From NCBI RefSeq assembly GCF_006345805.1, contig NC_043021.1, forward strand, positions 1,674,001-1,738,000: 64,000 nt of DNA, written 5' to 3'. Below are positions 39,461 through 51,474 of the stretch, piece after piece; the stretch's first letter is position 1; each line of letters opens with the position of its first letter. This DNA is from Octopus sinensis (lineage: Eukaryota). The notes beneath the pieces were generated by a model. That model did no database searches. It saw only the letters and a list, made by a program, of their open reading frames with translations, and was not told the origin of the DNA. Position numbers and translations under genes: made by a program.

Positions 39461-39752
39461 TCATATATATAACAATATGACAACAAAAGAATAGACCTCG
39501 ATATCGGTAAATAGAGGAATTTATAAATGTATAGTTTAGGACAATCAGTAAGCTGTCATAATAGGACAACTTCTTGATTGTCCTAAACTACATACACGCG
39601 CGCGCGCATATGTATATATTCTTAGAAGCTGTAGTCTATTCTTAGCTACAATAGCGACAGCATGAATTTCTTTCATCTTCTTGCTCTGTTAAAATACTTA
39701 AGAAAAATTATATTAGTGTGTTCTACTTGTTAAAATTCCATTTATTTATTTG

Positions 39753-39838
39753 TGCTGCTGAAGATGGTACTGAATTTAAATTGATATAGTGATTGCATTG
39801 TTCAATTAAATGGAGTCGCTTGAAACGATCGTACCGCA
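39753..39838 (+). ncRNA. Type I hammerhead ribozyme, core intact but helices partly decayed (intron 1 of the EMI gene, sense strand)
   Basis: Core CUGAAGA 39758-39764; extended, mismatched helix II (U.U at its base); GAA 39822-39824; palindromic helix III ACGAUCGU; GUA triplet; helix I UGCUG/CCGCA with one mismatch. Confidence 0.6.
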
Positions 39839-39973
39839 TTACTACTTGATATCCTGTTGCTTATTTTGATTTTACCATTTCTTAGCTCTTAGCCTCTTCT
39901 TTATTTATATTCTTTATATTTATTTATTTAATCATTTATTAATTTATCTATTTTCTCTTTCCCTTTTCTCTAG

Positions 39974-40066
39974 GCACACTGTTACATATTTAGAGCGTGT
40001 ATATTTCACCAGAATTGTCCACACACGAAAATGCAAATTGATTGTGTTTTGTAAAACCGTTTACAG
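39974..40066 (+). CDS. EMI-domain receptor, coding exon 2 (93 nt, symmetric phase 2-2, central EMI segment with 2 Cys)
   Basis: Strong acceptor ttttctctttcccttttctctag, donor GTAAGG. Open frame HTVTYLERVYFTRIVHTRKCKLIVFCKTVY resembles MEGF10 YSVTVQE...C.......C. Confidence 0.88.
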
Positions 40067-40587
40067 GTAAGGAACGTGTCTGGTTTCTGTAACTTTTAAC
40101 ATTTACTTCTTTCAGTCGTTGGACTGCTGCGGCCATGCACCACCGTCAAGAGTTTTAGTCGAACAAATCGTCCCCCGGTACATAGGGTTCTTTTTAAAGC
40201 CTGATACTTATTTTATCGGTCTCCTATATACAACTGTTAAGTTATGGAACGTAAACAAACTAACAGCGGTTGTCATGTAGTGAGGGGATAAACACAAGCA
40301 CACACACGTATGTACGTACATGCATACATACATACATACGTACATACATAAATACATACATACATACATACATACATACATACATACATACATACATACA
40401 TACATACATGCATACATACGTATGTACGTACATGCATACACGCACACATACATACGTACACACACAGACGCGTGGCCTAGTGGTTAGGCTGTTGTACTCA
40501 CAATCATGAGATCACCGTTTCGATTCCTGGATATAGCATGAAGGGTAAAGACCCCCATTGTTATATTTCTGCTGCTTTTAAATAAGT

Positions 40588-40619
<32 letters not shown>

Positions 40620-40762
40620 ATATATTATATATTATATATATATATATATATTTCGATAGGTGAATGAATTATCCTATGTTTACCGTCAACATGGAAAATT
40701 CTATGAACCGATACCAGGGTAGCAAATTCACGTCAGAAACACGTCAGAAAGAGGCTCTCTTT

Positions 40763-40844
40763 CTTTCCTGATGAGAAGATTGCATCTTGCACCGTTTATT
40801 CCTTTGGAATAAAACCATGTTGTCTTCGAAACATATGTCGAGAG
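40763..40844 (+). ncRNA. Type I hammerhead ribozyme, intact core, GUC cleavage triplet (intron 2 of the EMI gene, sense strand)
   Basis: Helix I CUUUC/GAGAG; core CUGAUGA 40768-40774; helix II GAAGAU/GUCUUC with G10.1-C11.1 and a long loop containing a uuuauucc/ggaauaaa hairpin; GAA; palindromic helix III ACAUAUGU; predicted cut after C40839. Confidence 0.8.
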
Positions 40845-41143
40845 TAAAGGAATTTTGTTAACATCTTCGTTCAACTCCATTTATTTATTTATTCATATGT
40901 ATGTATAATTATGTATGTATGTATGTATGTATGTATGTATGTATGTATGTATGTATGTATGTATGCTGTTACCTAAATTCACTGACAAGGCTTTGGTCGG
41001 ACAAAGAGGACCTTTGTTACCCAAAGTGCTGTACGGTGCAACTGAAACCAACGTCCACCTGGTCGCGAAACGTACCTCTTAACGACTCTGCTACGTCGTC
41101 ACTGAAATTTAAAAAGCTTTTAAAAATCTAATCTTCTTTTCAG

Positions 41144-41247
41144 TTTACAACGACTTTCTCGGCTAGAAAGGAGAACGAAGATCATCTACAGAATGAAGGC
41201 CCACTGTTGTAAAGGTTTCACGAAGAAGGACAACCTCTGCATTTCAA
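41144..41247 (+). CDS. EMI-domain receptor, coding exon 3 (EMI C-terminal CCxGF...C motif)
   Basis: Acceptor atcttcttttcag, donor GTAATT (phase 2-1). LQRLSRLERRTKIIYRMKAHCCKGFTKKDNLCIS matches the EMI signature K..YR.K..CC.GF.....C. Confidence 0.9.
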
Positions 41248-41514
41248 GTAATTATTTCAGAACTTTCGTTTTGCCTTCTCTCTTCTCTTTCTTTTCCTTG
41301 CTTGTTGCTGTTGCTCTTGTTTTTCTACCAGTCTCTTTTGCCGAACCGCTAAATTACAAGGTCATAAACAAACCAGCACCGGTTGTCGAGCGGACAAACA
41401 AAGCACAAAGACGCACATGCACGCACACACGAACATCAAACTAATACCCAGTTTGTTGTTCATACACCTGTCTTCGTTTTTTGTCTTTCTGTAAATTTCA
41501 AGTGTATATATATA

Positions 41515-41766
41515 TATGGCTCGTAAAAAGCACCAGTCAAGCGTGGCCAATGCAAGTAGTGCCTGACTGGCCATCGTGCCAGTGGCACGTAAAAAGCACC
41601 CACTACACTCTCGGAGTGGTTGGCGTTAGGAAGGCATCCAGCTGTAGAAACATTGCCAGATCCTCGGATTGGAGCCTGGTGCAGCCTTCTGGCTCGCCAG
41701 CCCTTAGTCAAACCGTCCAATCCATGCCAGCATGGAGAAGCGGACGTTAAACGACGACGACGACGA

Positions 41767-41768
<2 letters not shown>
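41515..41768 (+). mobile_element. SINE family D (RTE-like 3' tail CCATGCCAGCATGGA...GACGTTAAACGA(TGA)n), representative copy
   Basis: Other copies at 1448-1610 (-), 24455-24660 (-), 49160-49680 (-) and 61905-62320 (+, with a ~62-bp tandem head); another copy hosts the 72-bp satellite. Confidence 0.75.
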
Positions 41769-41848
<80 letters not shown>

Positions 41849-42034
41849 TTATATATTGGGTTGGTGCCTACACGCACATACACATCTTAATTAAAATAAT
41901 TTATCGTTTGTACATGGCCTTTTCCAAAAAGCAAAACTATTGGTTGATTCACACTACACTGTCAGTCTTATCTTCTACCGTTAATCATATTAATCATCTC
42001 TCTCTCCTCTTTCTCTCTCTCCTCTCTCTCCCCC

Positions 42035-42069
<35 letters not shown>

Positions 42070-42641
42070 AAGTAACGAAAACCTCATGTTGCCTTTCACA
42101 GCACCTACCTCATTCTCCGCATGTTAATAGAAACTAAAACGATATTTCAGAGAGAGGGGGAGGCAGGGAGAGAGAAGGAGAGACAGAGGAGTGGGAAAGA
42201 AAGAAAGAAAGAAAGAGTAAACGAAAGGAATAGATTTATGTGAGGGTAATCATTTGAACGAACAGTTTATGATATCGACATGCATTGTGAGAGACATAAA
42301 CAACATGTGTGATTCGTCTGACGCTGGAGTGTTAAGTGGCGAAGCTGTCAGAAAATCGAAGGAAAGTTGACTGTCATTGGATGGTAAGCTATGGTCACAC
42401 AGTGGGACCAGGAATTAGATGATTGTTAGATGCGTTGAAGGACGGCTGATTGGGGGTCAACTCTGATGCAAATGGATAAGAGTAGTTTTTCGGGTTTCCT
42501 TTGAAATTCCAGTAAAATTTAAGTAAAAATTATGAAACAATGTAGGCGTAGGAGTGGCTGTCTAGTAAAACGGAATCTCCTCAGTAGGCAGGTGGATTGC
42601 ATTTGGAAATAACAGATGGGTGTCTGTAATAGGGTCTACAT

Positions 42642-42963
42642 CAGTGGTTCTCAACTGGTGTCCATATGGCCCCCTGAGGCTCCATATAAGATTTTATGGG
42701 TCCATGCAACAAAATTGTAAACTAGGGGTCCACAATAATATTTTCGATGTATGTATCGGTATGTATTGCAAGAAACAGCGAGGTTTATTTCTCTAACATT
42801 TTACATTGTTCAACCTACACAAATTCATGTATGAGAAACAAAATAGGAATTTTGAAAGAAGTTTCTATAAAACTAGTTTTAAACACCGAACGGCTATGGG
42901 GGTCCACCAAAATAGAATTGTAATCAGAGGGGTCCATGGATAAATAATGGTTGAGAAGCCCTG
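42642..42963. mobile_element. hAT (Buster/Charlie-type) MITE with perfect 8-bp TSD, in intron 3 of the EMI gene
   Basis: TIRs CAGTGGTTCTCAAC / GTTGAGAAGCCCTG; TSD GTCTACAT at 42634-42641 and 42964-42971. Confidence 0.9.
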
Positions 42964-43090
42964 GTCTACATACATATAAGCTTTTTCTGTTGTAAAATGC
43001 AATATTAGGAGCACAGTTTTCTAGACAGGAGTAACTAACTTTGATATTCTCTCTCTCAAAATGTCCTATTTCCCTCCTTTCTATTTTCAG

Positions 43091-43141
43091 TTACAACACC
43101 AGCTCCCAGCACAACTGTCATGCCAACTACTAAGACTTTCT
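43091..43141 (+). CDS. EMI-domain receptor, coding exon 4 (S/T/P-rich stalk)
   Basis: Acceptor ctttctattttcag, donor GTGAGT, phase 1-1, 51 nt; ITTPAPSTTVMPTTKTF. Confidence 0.78.
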
Positions 43142-43468
43142 GTGAGTTCCTTTTCTTTCCTATGCAACAAAATCTTCTGTCCCTTTATTTTAAATAGTTT
43201 CAGTTTTAGCCTTTTAGACTGCGACCAACCGAGGCATTTCCTTCAAGGGGCTTTTCATCTATTACACTTCGTCTGGTACTTATTTTATCGAATAGCTGAG
43301 TTCACATTGGAGTAAAGTGAGAGTGATTTAGTCGACAAGATACTTTTGTTCAACGCACCGATATAACACACACACACAGGGATGTGAGTGTGTGTGTATT
43401 ATATATATACATATATGTGTGTGTCTACGAAAATTTTACGTATATATATGTGTATGTATATATATATT

Positions 43469-43519
<51 letters not shown>

Positions 43520-43521
43520 AT

Positions 43522-43631
<110 letters not shown>

Positions 43632-44042
43632 TAAGACGGTTCATTGCCGGCTTGTTATTCTAGAGTTTTCACACCGTGCACCCTTTTCTTCAGACCAGAC
43701 AGACTTACATAAAGACACACAGACAGATACCACAAGCGTAGAAGGAAAAAATTGCGTACGGAGAGCGTTTCTAAGAGCAGTGAAAAAACCGGAAGTGAAT
43801 GTGATAAAATGGCTATAATCGACTGGCCCCCCTCCCCACAAATGATTTAGGGCCTTGTGCCTAGGGTAGAAAAGAATATTGAAGGGAAAGAATCAATTGC
43901 TTATATCGATCTCAGTAGTTGATTGGAATTCTATTTATCGACCCTAGAAAGGTTGACAGAGGGATTAGAACCTAACAACATTAAGAATCGAAAATACCAC
44001 AAGGCATTTTATTTGACTCTCAAAACAATTCTGGTCATTCAC

Positions 44043-44089
<47 letters not shown>

Positions 44090-44189
44090 TAATAACAATA
44101 ACAATAACAATAATAATAATGATAATAATAATAATAATAATATTAATAATGATATAATAATAATAACAATAACAATAATAATAATAATG

Positions 44190-44247
<58 letters not shown>

Positions 44248-44721
44248 CACTCGTGAATATCTGAACAAACATTCATATTACACACTCACTTGCGTATATG
44301 CACACACAGACAAACGTATACACATACATACACACGCTCGCATACACACGCTCTCACGCACATACACAAAGCGTACATGCTCACACACAGCTACACAAGG
44401 TTACACACACACACACACACACACACAGACATATTTGGCATTCCGTCGGTTGCGACGACGAGGGTTCCAGTTGATCCGATCAACGGAACAGCCTGCTCGT
44501 GAAAAAATTAACGTGCAAGTGGCTGAGCACTCCACAGACACGTGTACCCTTAACGTAGTTCTCGGAGAGATCCAGCATATCACCGAATATGACAAGGTTG
44601 GCCCCTTTTTTTGAATTACAAGTGCAACTCAATTTTTTGCCTGCTGAGTGGTATGGAGCAACGTGTAATAAAATGCCTGGCCCAAGGAGACAGCGCGTCA
44701 CCGGGAACCGAACCACTAATC

Positions 44722-45394
44722 TACACACCTGGGTATCCTGGTGGTTTCCTCCTTTTCGCCTTCGGCCCAGTGCGTCCATGCTGCCAACAAAGCACACGGA
44801 GTTCTGTTCTTGATTCGACGGTCATTCGGAATGCTCACAGCAGCCATATTCCTACCGCTCTATGTCACGCTGGTGAGACCCATATTGGAGTACGGGATTC
44901 AAGCCTTTTCTCCTTATCTCCTCAAAGACATACAGCATCTCGAAAGAGTCCAGAAGCTGGCTACCCGCATGGTTCTTGGTCTCAAGCATTTGTCTTATGA
45001 AGAAAGGCTGAAGACGCTCGACCTTTATTCTCTAGAAAAACGACGACGCCGTGGTGATCTCATTCTTGCTCACAACATCATAAGCGGAGGGTGTAACCTC
45101 TCGAAAGAGCTGTTCTTCACTCCTGCTCCAGAGCGTCGGCTGCGGGGTTACTCCGAAAAGCTCTACCTGCGACGATTTCATCTCAATCGAAGGAGAGGGG
45201 GCTTTCTCCGTCCGGGTTGCGGATCCGTGGAATAAGCTGCCGGACGAGATGGTGAAGATGCCGACGACCGCTCGGTTCAAAGTCTCCCTTGACCACAAGT
45301 GGCCTGAACTCTTTACATGAACACCACCCTGTACATAACTACATGGCCTTGCTTTTCACTTTTTGAGCCAAAAAAATTAACTAACTAACTAACC
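44722..45394 (+). mobile_element. CR1-type LINE 3' fragment with (TAAC)n tail, in intron 4 of the EMI gene
   Basis: LYVTLVRPILEYG..FSPYL.KDI..LERVQK.ATR, LSYEERL..L.LYSLE.RR.RGDL; frameshift before F.VRV..PWNKLP; tail ttaactaactaactaac. Confidence 0.88.
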
Positions 45395-45527
45395 TTCACC
45401 ATACGCACACATACGCACACACACACACTTATTCACACCGTTCTCTAAAACCGCCATCACCAACGTTGAACCACAGCTGCCGATTGTACTAACGCGAATG
45501 TCTGCATGTCTCTGTTAAATTCTCCAG

Positions 45528-45644
45528 TTGAAATTCACTCTTCAGGCAGAATAAGGATCGATGGAGGTCCTCTTTTTACCAAAGCTGCTTATAGTGGCAC
45601 CACCAAATCCTCTCCCTGGAACCAAACTGTCACCACGACGTATA
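45528..45644 (+). CDS. EMI-domain receptor, coding exon 5 (S/T-rich stalk, NQT sequon)
   Basis: Acceptor aattctccag, donor GTGAGT, phase 1-1, 117 nt; EIHSSGRIRIDGGPLFTKAAYSGTTKSSPWNQTVTTTY. Confidence 0.72.
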
Positions 45645-45984
45645 GTGAGTGTCATTACATTCTTCCTGTTGCTCTTTTGGATCGTGTTCTTCTTGTTGCT
45701 GCATTTCTTTAGTCCCTCCAGATCAGTTTAGAACTGGCCGAGTACACCTACAATCAAAGGCATTCCAAACATGACCATTTCCTGTTATTCTACGTCTTTG
45801 ATTACATTGGCTAAGGAACATAGTTTAGGGAGTAAGATTCTTGGTTTGGAGGGATTTGGGGCTGCTATTTCTAGCATGTCGAACGGCCATACAGCGTTTC
45901 CTCGTAATCTCGATTCTATAGATTCTGGTCAGGGTTGAGCTAACATATATCAGGAAACTCTTCTCTTATTCTTTCTCCTCTTCC

Positions 45985-46036
<52 letters not shown>

Positions 46037-46287
46037 CTCTCTCCCCCTCTCTCTCTCCCTCTTTCTTTCTGTACACTGTTTTCCTCTTCCACCACTACCA
46101 CCACCACTATCTAGAGCCGATATCTACCAACCACCCGCCTACCACACTTTATGCAACGACACCCTTGCTTGACCACCACTCTACCTCTACAACCACCATC
46201 GCCATCGCCACCACCACCACCGCCACCACCACCCTTCTATCACATCTCATATTTTATTTATTTATTTGTTTATTTCGTATCTTGCAG

Positions 46288-46450
46288 CCAACAGCAGTTA
46301 TTTTCCTCGATACGGCGAAGTGTCCATCACCTCTGGAAGCAGTATGGTCACCAAAATCGCGGTCGTGGTCAGCGCGGCTGTTGCAGCTTGTCTCTTGGCT
46401 GCAATTATTGTTGCATGTCGGCGCAGGAAGAAGGCAGCCAACTCTACAAG
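46288..46450 (+). CDS. EMI-domain receptor, coding exon 6 (transmembrane helix + basic stop-transfer)
   Basis: Acceptor tatcttgcag, donor GTACAT (phase 1-2); NSSYFPRYGEVSITSGSSMVTK-IAVVVSAAVAACLLAAIIVAC-RRRKKAANST. Confidence 0.9.
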
Positions 46451-46871
46451 GTACATTACTTTTTTTTTATCCTTTTACTTGTTTCAGCGGCCAAGCTGGA
46501 GCACCGCCTTTTTAGTCGGACAAATCGACCCCAGCACTTATTCTTCGTAAGCCTAGTACTTATTTTAGCGGTCTCTTTTTGCCGAACCGTTAACTTACAG
46601 GGACGTAAACACACCAGCATCGGTTGTCAAGCAATGGTGGTGGACAAACAGACGCACAAACACACACAACACACACACACACATACACACACATATGTAT
46701 GTATTTATATACGACGGGCTTCTTTCAGTTTCCGTCTACCAAATCCCCTCACAAGGCTTTGGTCGGCTCCGAGGCTACATTAGACGCCACTTGCCCAAGG
46801 TGCCCCGCAGTGGGACTGAACTTGGAACCATGTTGGAAGGCAAGCTTTTTACCACACAGCCATGCCTGCCC

Positions 46872-46906
<35 letters not shown>

Positions 46907-46993
46907 TACATATATATAATATATATATATGTATAAGACAACAGTGAAACATTCGAAGAGAACAAATGATACAAACTTGTGTTTACCATTATT

Positions 46994-47059
<66 letters not shown>

Positions 47060-47752
47060 CTATCTCTATCTCTATCTCTTTCTCTCTCACACAAACACAT
47101 ACATACATACATACATACATGCATGCATACATATTTTATATAGTATATGTACATATGTGTGTGTGTGTGTGTGTGTGTGTGACGACGGGCTTCTTTCAGT
47201 TTCCGTCTACCAAAGCCACTGACAAGGGTTATAGTAGAAGACCCTAGCCCAAGGTGCCAGGAGTGAGACGATGTTAGTAAAAACAAAAACAAAAGAAGAA
47301 GATAGGGGGTAAACTGCTTAAATGCCATTGGTTACAGGTCAACTGTGTCCATCCTCACCAAAGATTAAACAACCTCTAAAACAGTAAACGCAACAATTCC
47401 ATATTCCATACGGGGAAAGGGTTCTACCAAGGTAGACAACCACGTGTAACTACGAATACTACTGATTTATATTCCAGTGTAACGCTGGAGTTATCTCCCT
47501 TAAAATATTATTCGACTATAAATATACAAAAATATGCATATATACATACGTATACACACAGATATTTATGCGTGTGTGTATGAATGTATGTATACATAAT
47601 CTTACTGAAAGGGCCAAGTTTGTGGATAAACTGCATTTTATACATTTAAATGCTTTAGGATCGGACAAAGTAAAATGCGTTATTAAAGTGCAATTATAAA
47701 CTGTTTCTTTCTCTTTCTCTCTCCCTCCTTCTCTCTCTCTCTCTCTCTCCCT

Positions 47753-47799
<47 letters not shown>

Positions 47800-47863
47800 C
47801 TCCATTTCTGTCGAATCGCAAGAAGTTAACTAATCCATCTTTCTTTGTGTTGGTTTTTTACAG

Positions 47864-47937
47864 TGAAATCCCGTGTGACAGAGAAGTCCTCGCTCTTCCA
47901 CCAAACTCACGAAACAACTGCTGGGACTTACCTGAAG
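47864..47937 (+). CDS. EMI-domain receptor, coding exon 7 (cytoplasmic)
   Basis: Acceptor ggttttttacag, donor GTATAT (phase 2-1); EIPCDREVLALPPNSRNNCWDLPE. Confidence 0.78.
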
Positions 47938-47942
47938 GTATA

Positions 47943-47994
<52 letters not shown>

Positions 47995-48033
47995 TCACTC
48001 TCTCTCTCTCTCTCTCAGGCTGCCTATATATAT

Positions 48034-48067
<34 letters not shown>

Positions 48068-48732
48068 CTGTCTGTCTCTGTCCGTGCATGTATCTGTCAA
48101 CAAATGTATCCATCCATCCATCTATCTATCTATCTAAATGTCTATATATATATAAAGGAATACAAAAAATGGGACAAGAACGCAAAACATCCAGACAGAT
48201 GATACAAAAAAAAAAGGACAAGAAAAAACAAGGACGGGTCATTCTGAGTTTTCTTTCCTCAGTTGAGTTCCAGATTATCTTCGCAATTTCGGCTGATTAT
48301 TCTTCAGATTGCTCCAATCTGGCCAACCCCAAGGAAAAACTAAGCTAAGAGCACTAGATTCCTTGGAAGAAAGCAGCGAATGTATACGAAAACAAGGACG
48401 GAAAAAAAACGGAGAAATGGTACACAAATACAAATGCAAACAACAAGACATTAACAACAGGTGTCTTTCGACTAAGGACGAATTAAATTAAGCTGGCTTG
48501 TGTGGAAGAGAAGCCTTACAGCAGGGACATAAGAGATGACGGGCATGGGGAGGAACATAGATGTTGCACGGATTCTATCTATCTATCTATTCATCCATCC
48601 GTCTATCTAATCTATCCATATATCCATCTATCTATCTGTCTGTCTCTCTGTCTAATTATCTGTCTGTCTATCTATCTATCTATCTATCTATCTGTGTCTT
48701 TCTATCTATCTCTCTATCTACCTATCTATCTA

Positions 48733-48763
<31 letters not shown>

Positions 48764-48821
48764 CCCTACCTCCTTTGCCAGTACATTCATGTCTCGTCTC
48801 GTCTCTCTCTTTTACGTAAAG

Positions 48822-48933
48822 GTTTAAGCTGTAACGTGGCGGCACCGGATGAGAATTACTACGTTAGTATGAACAACGGTTTCACCTCGGAAACACCCAA
48901 CGTCAACAGGATGCTCTCCACACGAGGCTCTCG
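48822..48933 (+). CDS. EMI-domain receptor, coding exon 8 (cytoplasmic, YYVSM motif)
   Basis: Acceptor after a CT-rich tract (..tttacgtaaag), donor GTATGT (phase 1-2); LSCNVAAPDENYYVSMNNGFTSETPNVNRMLSTRGS. Confidence 0.78.
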
Positions 48934-49093
48934 GTATGTAGCATCTCTCTGTCTAGCTTCCTACCACCCATACATCCAGATACATGCATACATCTACATA
49001 TATGCGTGTGTGTATGTGTACGTAGACACACATACGCACACACACATATACATAATATTTACGAATACACACGTGCACCATGCACATACACGG

Positions 49094-49138
<45 letters not shown>

Positions 49139-49895
49139 ATATATATACGTGCCATCATCGTCATCATCATCATTTAATGTCCGTTGTCCATGCTTGCATG
49201 CATTGGACGGCTTGACCAGAGGTGGCAAGGAGAGGAGCAGTACAAGGCTCCAGTCTGATTTGGCCTGGTTTCTACAGCTGGATGACCTTCCTAACACCAA
49301 CCACTCCGAAGGTGTAGTGGGTGCTTTTACGTGCCACCGGCACAGGAGCCAATCAGGCGGCACTTGCAACGACTACGCTCGAATGGTGTTTTTTACGTGC
49401 CACTGGCATGGGTGCCAATCAGGCGGTACTGTCATCGGCCACGTCAACGACTTCACTTGCGTCAACAGGTCTTCACAAGCAAAGTTTATTGCCCAATGAT
49501 TGAAGGGTACTCTTCAATGGACTGGTTATGCTGCACTGGCATAGGCCACGGTTATGGTCTCACTTGGCTTGCTGGGTCTTCTCAAGCACAGCATATCTCC
49601 AAAGGTCTCAGTCACTTGTCATTGCCTCGGTGAGGCCCAATGTTCGAAGGTCACGATTCACCAGCTCATCCCAGGTCTTTCCTATCTGCTTATTCGTTTT
49701 GACAGAAACATATATGTAGGTTCATCTTACGTTTTTTTTCCTTAACTTTTTTGAGCTTTAAACTTCAAATCTATTAGCAATGTGTTTTTTAAAAAATGCC
49801 ATCTTTCTACAACGTTCAAATAAATCAGCAATCACATCCATTTTTCATCTGCTTGTTTCTCCATATACACACACACATACACATATATACATATG

Positions 49896-49968
<73 letters not shown>

Positions 49969-50265
49969 GTGTTTGTGTGAGTATATACGCACACACATAT
50001 ACATATATGTATCTATTTAAGAATATGCGTGTATATATGTTAGTTTTAACATCTCTTATACACCACTAACCCCAACCTGTGTAATATTTCATACTACACT
50101 ATGCCAAACCAAGCAACACCATCCTTTCGCTACTTCACTGCATCAACCCAAACAACAACAATAACAACAAAATCAACAGAACAGTCTTTAACCATTGTTA
50201 AATAAATAAGTCCTATGTTGTTTTTTTTTAATTTTGCTCTAATTGTTTTTCTTCTTTTTTTTTAG

Positions 50266-51313
50266 GTACAGATTTGATGACCTCGAGGAAGGAAACTGCG
50301 GCGGCAGGACCCGAGGAGACACACTTTATGTGCTCCCTGATCCAAAATTTGGGCAAGGAAATGCGAAAACCTGCAGGATAAGAGAGGAGCCTGAACAGAA
50401 TTGTGGTAGTTCTTCAGATATTTACGTCAACGAGAGGCCGGAAAGTTCTGAAGGAACCTCTGCTAACAACGACAACGATGATATATACTCAGAAATTAAG
50501 AGCAGCACCAACAACACTTCGCAGCCATTGCACTATGCAACGTACGAAGACATCAACCAAGATAACAAGACGGATGTTAACGGCAACGGTAGAGGTGGTC
50601 GTGGTAAGGATGGCAGTGGAAGAAGTGATAAGGCTAAAGGCGAATTTATGGAACTAACAGACCTTGCAAAGACGAAAAATGAAGATACTTACAACGTACC
50701 AAAATCTCGTTCTAAATTTAACAACCAGAAATCGTCCGACGATCGTGGCGACGATACTGCTGATGGTGGTGGTGCTGGTGCTGGTGACGACCGCAAAAAC
50801 AATAATGGGGATGATGATAGCATTGAAGGGAGTCGCAGCAAAACCTGCGACAGTGGAATCTATATCTATCTGAACAGTAAAGAAGAGGATGACGAGCAGG
50901 AGGACGAAAGTGACATCATTTACAGCGTTCCATATAGCAACAGCAACAATAACAACAGCAACAACAACAACAGCAATTGCAACAACAACAACAACAGCCC
51001 ATCGCACAGTGACTGCATTAAGTGCCCTGACACGCGACAACCAAGAAAACAACGGCGCGCTGCCGTCGTCCAGTCGCACGTCTACCAAAACGCCATGTTC
51101 GATGGCGAAGAAGCTGGACACAGCAACGACGTTGCAAAGACGAACGCTGCCTCGTCACTTTCGTCGTCGCCATCACCGTCTTTATCGTCGTCGTCGTCGC
51201 TGCAACAGTGGCAAAACGAGGGCATGATATACAGAAACGTAGCAGACGATTGTTGCGACGATCAGACTTTGTACCAAGACATCGACAACACAAAGAATGA
51301 GGTCCATGTCTGA
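50266..51313 (+). CDS. EMI-domain receptor, terminal exon 9 (long acidic, Tyr-motif-rich cytoplasmic tail)
   Basis: Strong acceptor tttttttttttag (phase 2). 1048-nt open frame in unique sequence with 14 Tyr, mostly in D/E-x-Y-x-x contexts; ends ...NEVHV* (TGA 51311-51313). Confidence 0.9.
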
Positions 51314-51474
51314 GATGGAAATGGATGAAAAGATGGCGTACGTGTGTGTGTGTGTTTGTATGTGTACGCACGCGTGTGAAGATATACAGGTGTGTGTGTG
51401 TGTGTGGGGGGTGTATCAAGATATATAAATATAAGTTCCAGAGGAGCATGCATGTGTATATGTGTGTATATAGG

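Noticed and set aside
43694-43817. Possible extra stalk exon of the EMI gene (strong acceptor, frame QTDLHKDTQTDTTSVEG...)
   Set aside because: No phase-1 donor exists in the open frame, so it cannot join exon 5 or 6; all available GT sites are phase 0.
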